NCBI GenBank assembly: GCA_048320885.1 | Contig: JBLWFJ010000001.1 | Coordinates: forward strand, 5,697,697 to 5,761,696 | Direction: 5' to 3' | From: Nannocystaceae bacterium ST9 | GTDB taxonomy: Bacteria > Myxococcota_A > Polyangia > Nannocystales > Nannocystaceae | DNA: 64,000 bases | Shown: piece after piece, positions 1 to 8,498 of the stretch | Layout of the letters: each line of letters opens with the position of its first letter | How positions within the stretch are numbered: position 1 is the stretch's first letter | Made by a program: the position numbers and the translations under genes | The notes under the pieces: generated by a model | Database searches by the model: none | What the model saw: the letters and a program-made list of their open reading frames with translations, nothing else | Told to the model about the DNA's origin: nothing

Positions 1-713
1 GCCGCCAGCGAGACCCGAGCGTGGCGGTCGTCGATCGGGGTCAAGGTCAAGGTGTGCGGCGAGCGACCCGAGAGCTGGCGATCGTCGCCGGCCGGCTTGC
101 CGTCGATCGCCAGCTCGAACCCGGCGAGCGAAGGATCGCCGACATGCAGCGACGCGCCCTTGAACTCGAGCTGGAAGATCGGCAGCGCGGTCTGGTAGCG
201 ACCCTCGCCGTACTGGCTCGGCACCTGGATCCGATAGCGGACGCTTCGCTCGCGCAGCGGCGGGACCGGGAAGAGATCGAGTTCGGCACTGCACGCGCTC
301 GAGCGAGCCAGGACCGCGATCGTGTCGGCCTCGATCGCGTCACCGGGCTCGCCGAACCGGACCTCGTCGAAGCGCTCGCTCGCGCGGGTCGGATCGCCGA
401 GCTTGCCGCTCACCCAGGTCGGGCGGCCCTGGGCGTCGTCGGGTCCGCGCAGCTCGAGGCGATCGAGGATGCCCTCGCAGGGCATGTCGATCCGCAGGCC
501 GAGCTGCTGGGGATCGAAGGTCGGATTGAAGAAGGTGCGCGTGACCTCGAGCGTGGTCGTCTCGGGTCCCGGCACGACCTCGATCGAGTACGCGCGCTCG
601 CTCAGCGAACCCGCGAGCGAGTCCTCGGCGGCCGCCTGCGGGAGCGGTCCTGCGCCCTCGACGAGCAGGAGGGCGAGCGGGACCAGGGCCAGCAGGCGAA
701 GCGACGAGCGCAC
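1..713 (-). CDS. Secreted hypothetical protein, partial. The 5' part of the gene, with a GTG start at 713, lies in the window and the gene runs off the window start.
   Basis: Reverse-strand translation from the GTG at 711-713 gives VRSSLRLLALVPLALLLVEGAGPLPQAAAE, a clear signal peptide, followed by protein-like sequence of ordinary composition and high GC3 codon usage. The ORF track lists only Arg-rich ORFs on both strands here. Confidence 0.55.
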   Translation of the reverse strand, partial: MRSSLRLLALVPLALLLVEGAGPLPQAAAEDSLAGSLSERAYSIEVVPGPETTTLEVTRTFFNPTFDPQQLGLRIDMPCEGILDRLELRGPDDAQGRPTWVSGKLGDPTRASERFDEVRFGEPGDAIEADTIAVLARSSACSAELDLFPVPPLRERSVRYRIQVPSQYGEGRYQTALPIFQLEFKGASLHVGDPSLAGFELAIDGKPAGDDRQLSGRSPHTLTLTPIDDRHARVSLA

Positions 714-763
714 GAGGGCCGCAGACAGGGCTTCTCCGCGCGGGTTCCCGGCGCGGGCGTGAG

Positions 764-1573
764 TCAGGCGTGATCGGCCGGGGTCGGGGTCGCACCCTCG
801 ACGGCCAGCGAGATCCGCCACAGGCCGAGGCCGAGCGCGAGCAGCCCGGCGAGCCGGGCCACCCAAAGAGCGCCGCCGCCCATCGCCACGCCGGTCGGGC
901 TGATCACCAGCACCAGCGCCGCGATCCCGACCAGGATCTGCAAGGCATCGATCAGCGCCCCGGCGAAGAGCCACAGCGGTCGACGCAGCACGTGCAGCAG
1001 CGCGCACAGGTGGGTCTTCGGGTGCATCGGTCGGGCCTGCTCGAGCACGACCGCGACCCGTGCCCGATCGAGCGCCAGCGTGGGGATCGCCGCGAGCACG
1101 ATCGCCAGCGGCAGCCCGCTCGGACCGAAGCTGGCCAGCGCGGCCGCGGCCAGACCCCCGAAGATCGCGCGCGGGACCAGACCGTAGAGCGTCTGCACGA
1201 TCATCGCGGCGAGGTGCTGGCCGCTCGCGCGTCCGAGCTCGCCGGCGCGGGTCGGTCCGTGCAGGCGGGTGATCACGGCCGGGCCGACCACGATCGCGAA
1301 CACGACCGCCAGCATCGCGCTGCTCGCCAGCGAGGTCGCGATCGCGGCCGCGACCGCGGGGTCGTGGATCAGCAATTCGACGAGCGCCCGCAGCCGGTGG
1401 CCGTCGTCGAACCAGGTGAAGGGACCCATCGCCGCCTTGCCGACCGCGCGGACCGGGAGCGCGAGCAACCACGCGAACACCAGCTGACCGATCCACAGGG
1501 CGAGCAGCAGGCCGGGGGCTCGCAGCACGCGAACGAGCGCGCGCGCGGGTCGAGTGCGGGGCGTGGTCGTCAC
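764..1573 (-). CDS. Polytopic integral membrane protein of unknown function
   Basis: This is the C-terminal 269 codons of track ORF 764..1948. The 5' extension is Arg-rich nonsense. The GTG start at 1571-1573 overlaps the upstream gene's TGA as GTGA. The product has multiple hydrophobic helices, for example LLLALWIGQLVFAWLLALPV and IAALVLVISPTGVAMGGGALWVARLAGLLALGLGLW. Confidence 0.5.
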   Translation of the reverse strand: MTTTPRTRPARALVRVLRAPGLLLALWIGQLVFAWLLALPVRAVGKAAMGPFTWFDDGHRLRALVELLIHDPAVAAAIATSLASSAMLAVVFAIVVGPAVITRLHGPTRAGELGRASGQHLAAMIVQTLYGLVPRAIFGGLAAAALASFGPSGLPLAIVLAAIPTLALDRARVAVVLEQARPMHPKTHLCALLHVLRRPLWLFAGALIDALQILVGIAALVLVISPTGVAMGGGALWVARLAGLLALGLGLWRISLAVEGATPTPADHA

Positions 1574-3837
1574 AGGCCCAGCCCTCCGAGCGCGGCGAGA
1601 TCGGCCGCTTGTGCGACGTCGCCGAGCCAGCCGGTCAGCGCGTCGTCCTCGTCCTCGGCGCGCTCGCGCGACCACGCGGCGTCGTCGAGCCGGCGCGGCG
1701 CGACGTGGAGCTTGCGGCGAGGATCGAGCACGGCTCGAACCACGCGGCCGGCGAAGAGCAGGGGCTCGCTCGGCGCCCGGCCGTCCCACAGGCGCAGCTC
1801 GGTGCTGCCGTCGGCGAACTCGACCAGGACTTCGACCGGGACCACGAAGTCGCCGCGGCGCTGAACCACGACCACGCCCTCGACCTCGTCGTCGGCCAGC
1901 TCGGCGATCGGCTTGCCCCACGTGTCGCTGGTCGGGGCGCTCTGCCACTCGCTCGGGCCTTCGCTCGGGCTGCGGCCGAACACGCGATCGAGCGCGCGAC
2001 GGCCCTCGATCTCGAGCGGCGAGCGCTCGGGCGCTCCGGACTCGTCAGCGCGGCGATGCCAGCCGCCGTGCCCGAGCTTCGGACGATTGAGCACCTCGAT
2101 CAGCTGGACGTCGACCACGCTCGCGCCGCGCAGGCCCTCGTCGAGGAATTCGCGCAGGTCGAACCATACGCTGCCGGGCTCGCCCGCGCCGGCCAAGCGG
2201 ACCTCGCTGTCGCGCACCGACTCGGGATCGCCGGCCCGGTAGTGCTCGAGGATCGTCGCGATCAGGATCCGCTCGAGCTCGGCCCCGGTCGGGTGACTGA
2301 AGCGGGCATGCGCGGCGTAGGCCCGCATGCCGGCGTCGAAGGGCTCGGCGCCGACCAGCTCGCGCAGGGTCATGAACAGCGCCGCGGTCTTCTGGTAGGT
2401 GAGCACCCCGTAGGCGTCGTCTTGCAGCGGTGAGAAGCGATCGGCGGGGCGATCGATCGCGCCATGATCGGCGGCCATGCTCAGCGAGATCATGCCGATG
2501 TCGACCACGCTGAGCTCGTGGCCGAGCACGCGCACGACCCAAGGATCTCCGCCGTGGCCGTCCATGTAGGCCAGGTTGTTGGAGAGCGTGTTCATGCCCT
2601 CGTCGAGCCAGGGCTGGGCGTGCTCGTTGGACGCGAACAAGCCCTGGAAGTACTGGTGGCCGAATTCGTGGACCGTCGTGAACAGCCCGCTGAGGCGCTC
2701 GGTGATCAGCCAGCTCGGCATCCACTCGGGATCGGCGATGTCCGAGGTGGTGATGAAGGTCGGGTACTCCATGCCGCCGGCCCCCTCGGCGCCCTCGGGC
2801 GGATGGACCACGGTGATCGTCGACCAGGGGTAGGGGCCGAAGCGCTCCTGCATGCTGGTGATCGTCATGGCCAGCGCGTCGAGGTGGGCCTGGCCATCGC
2901 CGGCGTGCTCGGGCTGGAGCAGTTGGCGGACCCGGATGCCGTCGACCTCGCCCCAGTGCTCGACGAAGTCGGGATCGGCGGCCCAGGCGAAGTCGTGGAC
3001 CATCGCGGCCCGGTAGCGCAGGCGCGTGCGGGTCTCGTCGCCCTCGACCGCCGCTTCGCCGACGCGCACGCCGGTCGCCCCGACGACCATCTCGGCCGGC
3101 ACGTCGAGCTGGACCTCGTAGTTGCCGAAGTCGGCGTAGAACTCCGAGTAGAGCCCGAAGGTGTGGGCCTGCCAGCCGCCGGCCTCCTCGAGCACGGCGA
3201 TCTTCGGATACCACTGACCGGCCATGTGAAAGTCGTCGTAGTAGCCGGTCCGCGCGAACACTTGGGGCAGGCGGGTGACGAACTCGATCTCGAGCACGAT
3301 CGACTCGCCCGGCCCGAGCGGCCGCGCGAGCGCGACGCTCATGGTCGAGGGCTCGTCGTCCTCGGCGAACGCGAGCGGCGTGCCGGCCGGGGTCGGGTTC
3401 TCGAACCCGACGAAGAGCGCCTCGTCGATCGGCTGGGCGATCTGATCGACCCGGCGGACCTCGACGAAGCCCCAGCGCTCGCGGGCGAACTTCTGACCGC
3501 GGTGCCGGCCGCGGGCCTGGCTCATCCACGCGGTGTCCTCGGCCCGAAACCCGTTCATGTAGAGGTGGAAGGGCAGGCGATCGACGCTGCGCTTGGTCCG
3601 GTTGCGCCAGGCCAGGCGCAGCGTGCCGGTGATCTCGTGCCGCTCGGCGTCGAGGCGCGCGTCGATCCAATAGTCGGCGACCCGGGCGTGATCGGGGACC
3701 TCGCCGCGCACACCCGGAGCGCGCAGCGGATCCGTGGGCTCGGGCACCGGCTCGCTGGTCGCGCTCGGCGTGGCGTCGTCGCAGCCCGCGAGCGCGAGCA
3801 CGATGGCGAGCGAGCAAGCTCGAAGGGGGGCGAGCAC
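1570..3837 (-). CDS. M1-family zinc aminopeptidase (gluzincin) lipoprotein
   Basis: Signal peptide with lipobox (LALAGCDD). HEFGHQYF zinc-binding motif with a downstream E (WLDEGMNTL). GGMEYP exopeptidase-type motif. 755 aa. Confidence 0.85.
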   Translation of the reverse strand: MLAPLRACSLAIVLALAGCDDATPSATSEPVPEPTDPLRAPGVRGEVPDHARVADYWIDARLDAERHEITGTLRLAWRNRTKRSVDRLPFHLYMNGFRAEDTAWMSQARGRHRGQKFARERWGFVEVRRVDQIAQPIDEALFVGFENPTPAGTPLAFAEDDEPSTMSVALARPLGPGESIVLEIEFVTRLPQVFARTGYYDDFHMAGQWYPKIAVLEEAGGWQAHTFGLYSEFYADFGNYEVQLDVPAEMVVGATGVRVGEAAVEGDETRTRLRYRAAMVHDFAWAADPDFVEHWGEVDGIRVRQLLQPEHAGDGQAHLDALAMTITSMQERFGPYPWSTITVVHPPEGAEGAGGMEYPTFITTSDIADPEWMPSWLITERLSGLFTTVHEFGHQYFQGLFASNEHAQPWLDEGMNTLSNNLAYMDGHGGDPWVVRVLGHELSVVDIGMISLSMAADHGAIDRPADRFSPLQDDAYGVLTYQKTAALFMTLRELVGAEPFDAGMRAYAAHARFSHPTGAELERILIATILEHYRAGDPESVRDSEVRLAGAGEPGSVWFDLREFLDEGLRGASVVDVQLIEVLNRPKLGHGGWHRRADESGAPERSPLEIEGRRALDRVFGRSPSEGPSEWQSAPTSDTWGKPIAELADDEVEGVVVVQRRGDFVVPVEVLVEFADGSTELRLWDGRAPSEPLLFAGRVVRAVLDPRRKLHVAPRRLDDAAWSRERAEDEDDALTGWLGDVAQAADLAALGGLGL

Positions 3838-3842
3838 CCGGC

Positions 3843-4451
3843 ATGCCTACCATCGCGAGACTCGAGGGATCAAACGGTAGACTGGCGAAGATGAACGAAC
3901 GCCCCGCAACTCGCGAGCTCGCTCGCTTCGAGTTCGACGAGCACGGCTTGCAGGCGTGGGCGCGGCGGCTCGGCGCACGGCTTCGCGGCGGCGACGTGCT
4001 GCTCTTGGTCGGCCCGATGGGCGCGGGCAAGACCACCTTCGCGCGAGCGCTCGCCGAGGGCCTCGGCGTCGATCGACCCGATCGCGTGTCGAGCCCGACC
4101 TACACGGTCTGCATGGTTCATCGCGGCCCGATCGGCATGGTTCACGTCGACCTGTTTCGGCTGATCGAGGCCGAGTCGGCGGCGCGCGAGGGTGACGAAT
4201 CGGGGGCCCCGGGCGCCCGCGCGGTCCTGAGTTCGGCCTTCGAGGCGCTGGGCCTCGAACAGGGCGAGCTGCCTCCCCCGGGGCAGATCTTGCTCGTCGA
4301 GTGGGCCGATGCCTGGGCCGATCCCCCCGCCGAGCACCTCCTGATCACCCTCGAAGGGGTCCCCGACAGTGAGCATTCGCGTCGAATTGGGGTGCTGGGG
4401 GCCGGTTCTCGCTGGTCTACGGACGATCTGCTCGATCTCTGGAAAGTGTAG
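3843..4451 (+). CDS. tsaE: tRNA threonylcarbamoyladenosine (t6A) biosynthesis protein TsaE (YjeE-type P-loop ATPase). The start may be the ATG at 3891.
   Basis: Walker A GPMGAGKTTFARALAEGLGV, and the SSPTYTVCMVH...VHVDLFRL motifs typical of TsaE/YjeE. Confidence 0.8.
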   Translation: MPTIARLEGSNGRLAKMNERPATRELARFEFDEHGLQAWARRLGARLRGGDVLLLVGPMGAGKTTFARALAEGLGVDRPDRVSSPTYTVCMVHRGPIGMVHVDLFRLIEAESAAREGDESGAPGARAVLSSAFEALGLEQGELPPPGQILLVEWADAWADPPAEHLLITLEGVPDSEHSRRIGVLGAGSRWSTDDLLDLWKV

Positions 4452-4492
4452 TGATTTCAAAGGCTTAGATCACGTCGATCAAGGCGGTTCGA

Positions 4493-4518
4493 GGGGGCCG
4501 ATCGGCAGATCTGCCCCC
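4493..4518 (+). terminator. GC-rich hairpin 42 nt downstream of the tsaE stop. It has no U-tract. Candidate intrinsic terminator.
   Basis: GGGGGC(c)GATC-ggca-GATC(t)GCCCCC: an ~10-bp stem with one mismatch and a 4-nt loop, in an AT-richer intergenic stretch. Confidence 0.3.
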
Positions 4519-4718
4519 AGTGCCCGCCAAAGGCCCGCGGACGACGAATTTGCCTTTGCAAGCAGACACTCATGCGTTTATGGTCCCCGCAGGTCGCGGC
4601 GGCGGGCGAGGACCCAACCTCAGCGAAGCCGCCGAAATGGTCAGTCGACCCCTTCCGGGTCGAAATTTCACCAGTTCTCACACGAACGCGCAAAACGCAC
4701 ACGAGAGAGGTCCCCGTC

Positions 4719-4910
4719 ATGGCAGCCAACAAACCCAAGGAAATCGTCGTCGTCGGCTCGAAGATCAAGGAAGTCATCCGCGAGGCTGGGCTTCGCAGCG
4801 ATGGCGAGCTGGTCTCGGCGGTGTCGGAGAAGGTCCACGAGATGCTCCAGGCCGCGATCCACCGCTGCACGAGCAACGGCCGCAGCACCGTGCGCCCGCA
4901 CGATCTGTAG
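4719..4910 (+). CDS. 63-aa single histone-fold DNA-binding protein (DUF1931 / Bdellovibrio HBb-like bacterial histone)
   Basis: MAANKPKEIVVVGSKIKEVIREAGLRSDGELVSAVSEKVHEMLQAAIHRCTSNGRSTVRPHDL aligns along its whole length to archaeal HMfB-type histone-fold helices (KIKEVIREAGL vs GRIIKDAGAERVS; AAIHRCTSNGRSTVRPHDL vs EAIKLARHAGRKTIKAEDI). It is preceded by a lower-GC promoter-like region. The longer track ORF 4572..4910 has an N-terminal extension that is not protein-like. Confidence 0.6.
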   Translation: MAANKPKEIVVVGSKIKEVIREAGLRSDGELVSAVSEKVHEMLQAAIHRCTSNGRSTVRPHDL

Positions 4911-4944
4911 TACGCCCGGCCGCGAGAGCGGCCACCCACTTCAC

Positions 4945-4977
4945 CGACACGCGCGAGTCCATCGGACTCGCGCGTGT
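4945..4977 (+). terminator. Perfect 15-bp GC-rich inverted repeat with a 3-nt loop, 35 nt after the stop of the histone-fold gene
   Basis: GACACGCGCGAGTCC-atc-GGACTCGCGCGTGTC. No U-tract. It lies between the small gene and rlmKL. Confidence 0.45.
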
Positions 4978-5003
4978 CTCGCGATAGGCTTCACGACTCT
5001 GCG

Positions 5004-7205
5004 ATGAGCGAACCCCTCGAATTCTTCGTCACGGCCCCGCACGGCGCGGAAGACCTGCTGGTCGACGAGCTGCGGGCGCTCGGCATCGAGACCAAGCCGC
5101 GGGTCGGGGGGACGAGCTTTCGCGGCACCCTCGAAGACGGCATGCGGGCGGCGCTGTGGCTGCGCACCGCCAGCCGATTGTTGCTCGAGCTCGCCGAGCT
5201 GCCGGCCGAGGACGGCGATCGTCTCTACGCGGCCGCGCGCACGATCGATTGGACCGAGCAGCTCGAGCCCGGGGCGACCTTCGCCGTGCAGGCGTCCGGC
5301 ACCGGCCACATCGACAACAGCCACTTCGCCGCGCTGCGGGTGAAGGACGCGATCGTCGATCAGCTGCGCGAGCGCTGGGGCGAGCGGCCCGACGTCGACA
5401 TCGCCGAGCCCGACCTCGCGCTGCGCGTGCACCTGCGCGGCGATCGAGCCCGGCTCAGCCTCGATCTCGGCGGCGAGGGCCTGCATCGCCGGGGCTATCG
5501 CGTCGAGCAGGGCGCGGCGCCGCTGCGCGAGAACCTGGCGGCGGCCGTGCTGCTGCGGGCCGGTTGGACCGGCGAAGGCACGCTGCTCGATCCCTTCTGC
5601 GGCTCGGCGACCCTGCTGATCGAGGCGGCCTGGCTCGCGGCCGACGTCGCGCCCGGCCTGCAACGCCGGCGCTGGGGCTTCACGCGCTGGCCGGGCCGCG
5701 ACGAAGCGACCTGGAAGCGCTTGGTCGGCGAGGCCGAGCGGCGGCGCAGCGAAGGCCTCGCGCGGCTGGCCGGCCGCAGCCCCTTGCTCGGCTTCGACGC
5801 CGACAGCCGCACGATCCGGGCCGCGATCGCCTGCATCGAGGCCGCGGGTCTGCGTGGGCGCGTGCACGTCGAGCGGCGCGAGCTGGCCGACCTCGTCGCG
5901 CCCGCGGGCGAGCCCGGGCTGATCGTCTGCAATCCGCCTTGGGGCGAACGGATCGGCACGCGCCGCGAGCTCGAGCGGCTCTACGCCAGCTTCGGCGCGC
6001 TGCTGCGCGAGCGTTTCGTCGGCTGGGAGGTCGCGCTGCTGGCCGGCGATCCCGGGCTCGGCCGCTTCTTGGGCATGACCGCCCATCGCCGCAACGTGCT
6101 GCACGACGGCCCGATCGCCGCGCAGATCCTCCGCATTCACGTCGAGCCGGCCGGGCCTCCGCGTCCGCCTCCCGAGGCCAAGCCGCGCTCGGAGGGGGCT
6201 GCCGCGTTCGCCAACCGCCTGCACAAGAACCGCAAGAAGCTGGCGAGCTGGCTCGAGCGCGAGGGCGTCGGTTGCTACCGGCTCTACGACGCCGACATCC
6301 CCGAGTACAACCTCGCGCTCGATCTCTATCGCGTCGAGCCCGAGGGCTCCGGGCCCGGCGAGTCCGAGCCGCTCGTGCACGCGCACGTGCAGGAGTACGC
6401 CCCGCCGCGCCAGCTCGATCCCGAGAAGGCCCGCCTGCATCTGCGCGAGGCGCTGGCGGTGATCCGCGAGGACCTCGAGCTGCCGCGCGAGCGCGTGCAC
6501 CTCAAGCGACGCGAGCGGCAGCGCGGGCGCTCGCAGTACGAGAAGCTCGATCAGGCCGGCCAGGAGTTCGTCGTGCGCGAGGGCCCGGCCCGCTTCCTGG
6601 TCAACTTCGAGGACTACCTCGACTCCGGGCTCTTCCTCGATCACCGCCCGCTGCGTGCCCGCCTGCGCGAGCTCGCGGCCGACAAGCGGATGCTCAATCT
6701 GTTCTGCTACACCGCGACGGCCTCGATCCACGCCGCGCTCGGTGGGGCCCGCAGCACGACCAGCGTCGATCTCTCGCGCACCTACCTCGAGTGGGCCGAG
6801 CGAAACTTCGCGCTCAATCGCATGCCGGTCGCGCAGGCCGAGTCGTCGCATGGCCCGATGGCCCGGCATCGGCTGCTGCGCGCCGACGTGATCGACTGGC
6901 TGAGTCGGCCGAGCCACGAGCGCTGGGATCTGATCTTCTGTGATCCGCCGAGCTACTCGAACTCGAAGCGGATGCAGCACGACTTCGACGTCCAGCGCGA
7001 CCACCCCGACCTGATCGCGCGCTGCCTCGATCGCCTGGCCCCCGGCGGGCTCTTGGTGTTCTCGACCAACCTGCGCAGCTTCGAACTCGCGCCGCGCCGA
7101 CTGGCTTCGGACGTCGAGATCGAGGATTGGACCAAACCGAGCATCCCCAAGGACTTCGAGCGGTCCGAGCGGATCCATCGCTGCTTCTTGCTGCGCCGGC
7201 GCTGA
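5004..7205 (+). CDS. rlmKL: Bifunctional 23S rRNA (m2G2445 / m7G2069) methyltransferase RlmKL (RlmL/YcbY family)
   Basis: N-terminal THUMP-plus-methyltransferase region (DPFCGSATLLIEAA, VCNPPWGERIG) and C-terminal second methyltransferase region (LNLFCYTATASIHAALGG, IFCDPPSYSNSK). 734 aa from the ATG at 5004. The track ORF begins at the GTG at 4974, which sits inside the hairpin. Confidence 0.85.
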   Translation: MSEPLEFFVTAPHGAEDLLVDELRALGIETKPRVGGTSFRGTLEDGMRAALWLRTASRLLLELAELPAEDGDRLYAAARTIDWTEQLEPGATFAVQASGTGHIDNSHFAALRVKDAIVDQLRERWGERPDVDIAEPDLALRVHLRGDRARLSLDLGGEGLHRRGYRVEQGAAPLRENLAAAVLLRAGWTGEGTLLDPFCGSATLLIEAAWLAADVAPGLQRRRWGFTRWPGRDEATWKRLVGEAERRRSEGLARLAGRSPLLGFDADSRTIRAAIACIEAAGLRGRVHVERRELADLVAPAGEPGLIVCNPPWGERIGTRRELERLYASFGALLRERFVGWEVALLAGDPGLGRFLGMTAHRRNVLHDGPIAAQILRIHVEPAGPPRPPPEAKPRSEGAAAFANRLHKNRKKLASWLEREGVGCYRLYDADIPEYNLALDLYRVEPEGSGPGESEPLVHAHVQEYAPPRQLDPEKARLHLREALAVIREDLELPRERVHLKRRERQRGRSQYEKLDQAGQEFVVREGPARFLVNFEDYLDSGLFLDHRPLRARLRELAADKRMLNLFCYTATASIHAALGGARSTTSVDLSRTYLEWAERNFALNRMPVAQAESSHGPMARHRLLRADVIDWLSRPSHERWDLIFCDPPSYSNSKRMQHDFDVQRDHPDLIARCLDRLAPGGLLVFSTNLRSFELAPRRLASDVEIEDWTKPSIPKDFERSERIHRCFLLRRR

Positions 7206-7224
7206 GTCGGGCACGCGGGCTCGC

Positions 7225-8451
7225 TCAGCGATCGAACCATGCCTCGCCGTCGGCGGCTCCGCGGACCGGATCGCAGCGCAGACAGGGCTGGATCGCGGGG
7301 ACGGGGCGCAGCTCGTCGGCCGGCTCCGGCCGCAGGGGCAGGGCGAGCGCGCCGACCTGCCAGCGCCCACCGACGCGAGCGTGCAGCTCGAGCCGGACCG
7401 ACTCGGCCTCGACGATCAGGCGCGCGAAGCCGGTGTGGTCGCTCTCGAGCTCGTTGACCAGCGTGTTGCCGCGACTGACCGCGAGCGTCGGGCGAGCGCC
7501 CCCGGCCGCGCCCGAGACCAGCTGGAACACCGGCGCAGCCAGGAAGCTGCGATCGGATCGCATGATCGCGCCCGAGAGATCGCGGCTGGCCTGGAGGTCG
7601 CGCTCGAGCCCCGCGATCACCCCGACGAAGCGACCTTCGCCGATCGCTCGCCGCACGCTCTCGGGCTGCCAGCGCAGCGCGCTGCGAGCCCGTCCACCGC
7701 CGTAGCCGTGCAGGCCGGCCGACTCGATCGGGATCGGCGAGACCAGCACGCGCGGGACATCGTCGTCGCGCTCGGCCAGCGCGGCGAGCAGGGCGTCGAG
7801 CTCGGTCAGCGCGGCGTGGGCCGGCGAGTCGGGCCGGTCGAGCTCGGGGTAGACCCACGCGCTCGGATCGATGAACACGAGCTCGAGCCGGGCGGGCTCG
7901 GCCTCGTGGGTCGCGGCGATCGTGCAGCGCTCGGCGAGGCACTGCGAGGCCAGCTCGCTGCGGCCGTCCGCGTACACCCGGATCAGGTAGGCGGCGTCGG
8001 GCGGATCGATCGTCGGCGCGGCGGCGAGATCGATCGTCGGGCAGCGCCAGCCGTCGGGTCCGGGCAGGCCCCAGATCGCGCCGCCCGATCGCTGGTGCTC
8101 GCGCAGCGTGGTCGCGAGCTCGCGCATGCCGGGCGCGAGCCAGGGCGAGCGCGTCGGGCAGCCCTCGGCGCGCAGGCGATCGCTCCCGGGCGGACCGAAG
8201 TCGTGGCCCAGCCAGATCACCAGCGTCGTGCGTCCGGCCGCCCGCTCGCGCGCGAGCAGGGAGTCGAGCGCTCGCGCGACCTCGCGACTCGCGCGACCCG
8301 GCCGAGGTTGGGCGATCGCGACCACGCCGAACGCCGTCGCTTCGATCGCCTCGCCGGGTTCGCCGACCCAGCTCGCGCCCCGGTGCACGCATGCCGGCGA
8401 GCTCGCGGCCAGCAGCGCGAGCGCTGCGACACGGGCGAGCCGGGCGAGCAC
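7225..8451 (-). CDS. Secreted hypothetical protein or lipoprotein
   Basis: GTG start at 8449-8451 gives VLARLARVAALALLAASSPAC, a signal peptide with a possible lipobox. The remainder is protein-like. The alternate-frame 504-aa ORF (6953..8467) is Arg-rich and was rejected. Confidence 0.5.
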   Translation of the reverse strand: MLARLARVAALALLAASSPACVHRGASWVGEPGEAIEATAFGVVAIAQPRPGRASREVARALDSLLARERAAGRTTLVIWLGHDFGPPGSDRLRAEGCPTRSPWLAPGMRELATTLREHQRSGGAIWGLPGPDGWRCPTIDLAAAPTIDPPDAAYLIRVYADGRSELASQCLAERCTIAATHEAEPARLELVFIDPSAWVYPELDRPDSPAHAALTELDALLAALAERDDDVPRVLVSPIPIESAGLHGYGGGRARSALRWQPESVRRAIGEGRFVGVIAGLERDLQASRDLSGAIMRSDRSFLAAPVFQLVSGAAGGARPTLAVSRGNTLVNELESDHTGFARLIVEAESVRLELHARVGGRWQVGALALPLRPEPADELRPVPAIQPCLRCDPVRGAADGEAWFDR

Positions 8452-8498
8452 GCGTGGACGATAGCAAGACCGCCGGGGATCACGGGCATACTCCGCGC

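Noticed and set aside
764-1948. Full 394-aa extent of this minus ORF
   Set aside because: The N-terminal 125 codons (MAERPDQRHVGQADRRAGRRRGRGRG...) are low-complexity and overlap the M1 peptidase gene. Only the C-terminal membrane protein from the GTG at 1573 was kept.
4452-4718. Possible tRNA or small RNA in the AT-richer intergenic region (GGTTCGAGG resembles a T-loop)
   Set aside because: No acceptor or anticodon stems, and no CCA-compatible cloverleaf could be built. Interpreted as promoter and terminator space for the flanking genes.
4941-7370. 809-aa minus ORF and 595-aa plus ORF (5156..6943) overlapping rlmKL
   Set aside because: Alternate frames or antisense of a gene with clear methyltransferase motifs. 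Arg-rich nonsense composition.
6953-8467. 504-aa minus ORF
   Set aside because: Almost pure Arg/Ala/Gly/Pro. The overlapping frame 7225..8451 has a signal peptide and normal composition.
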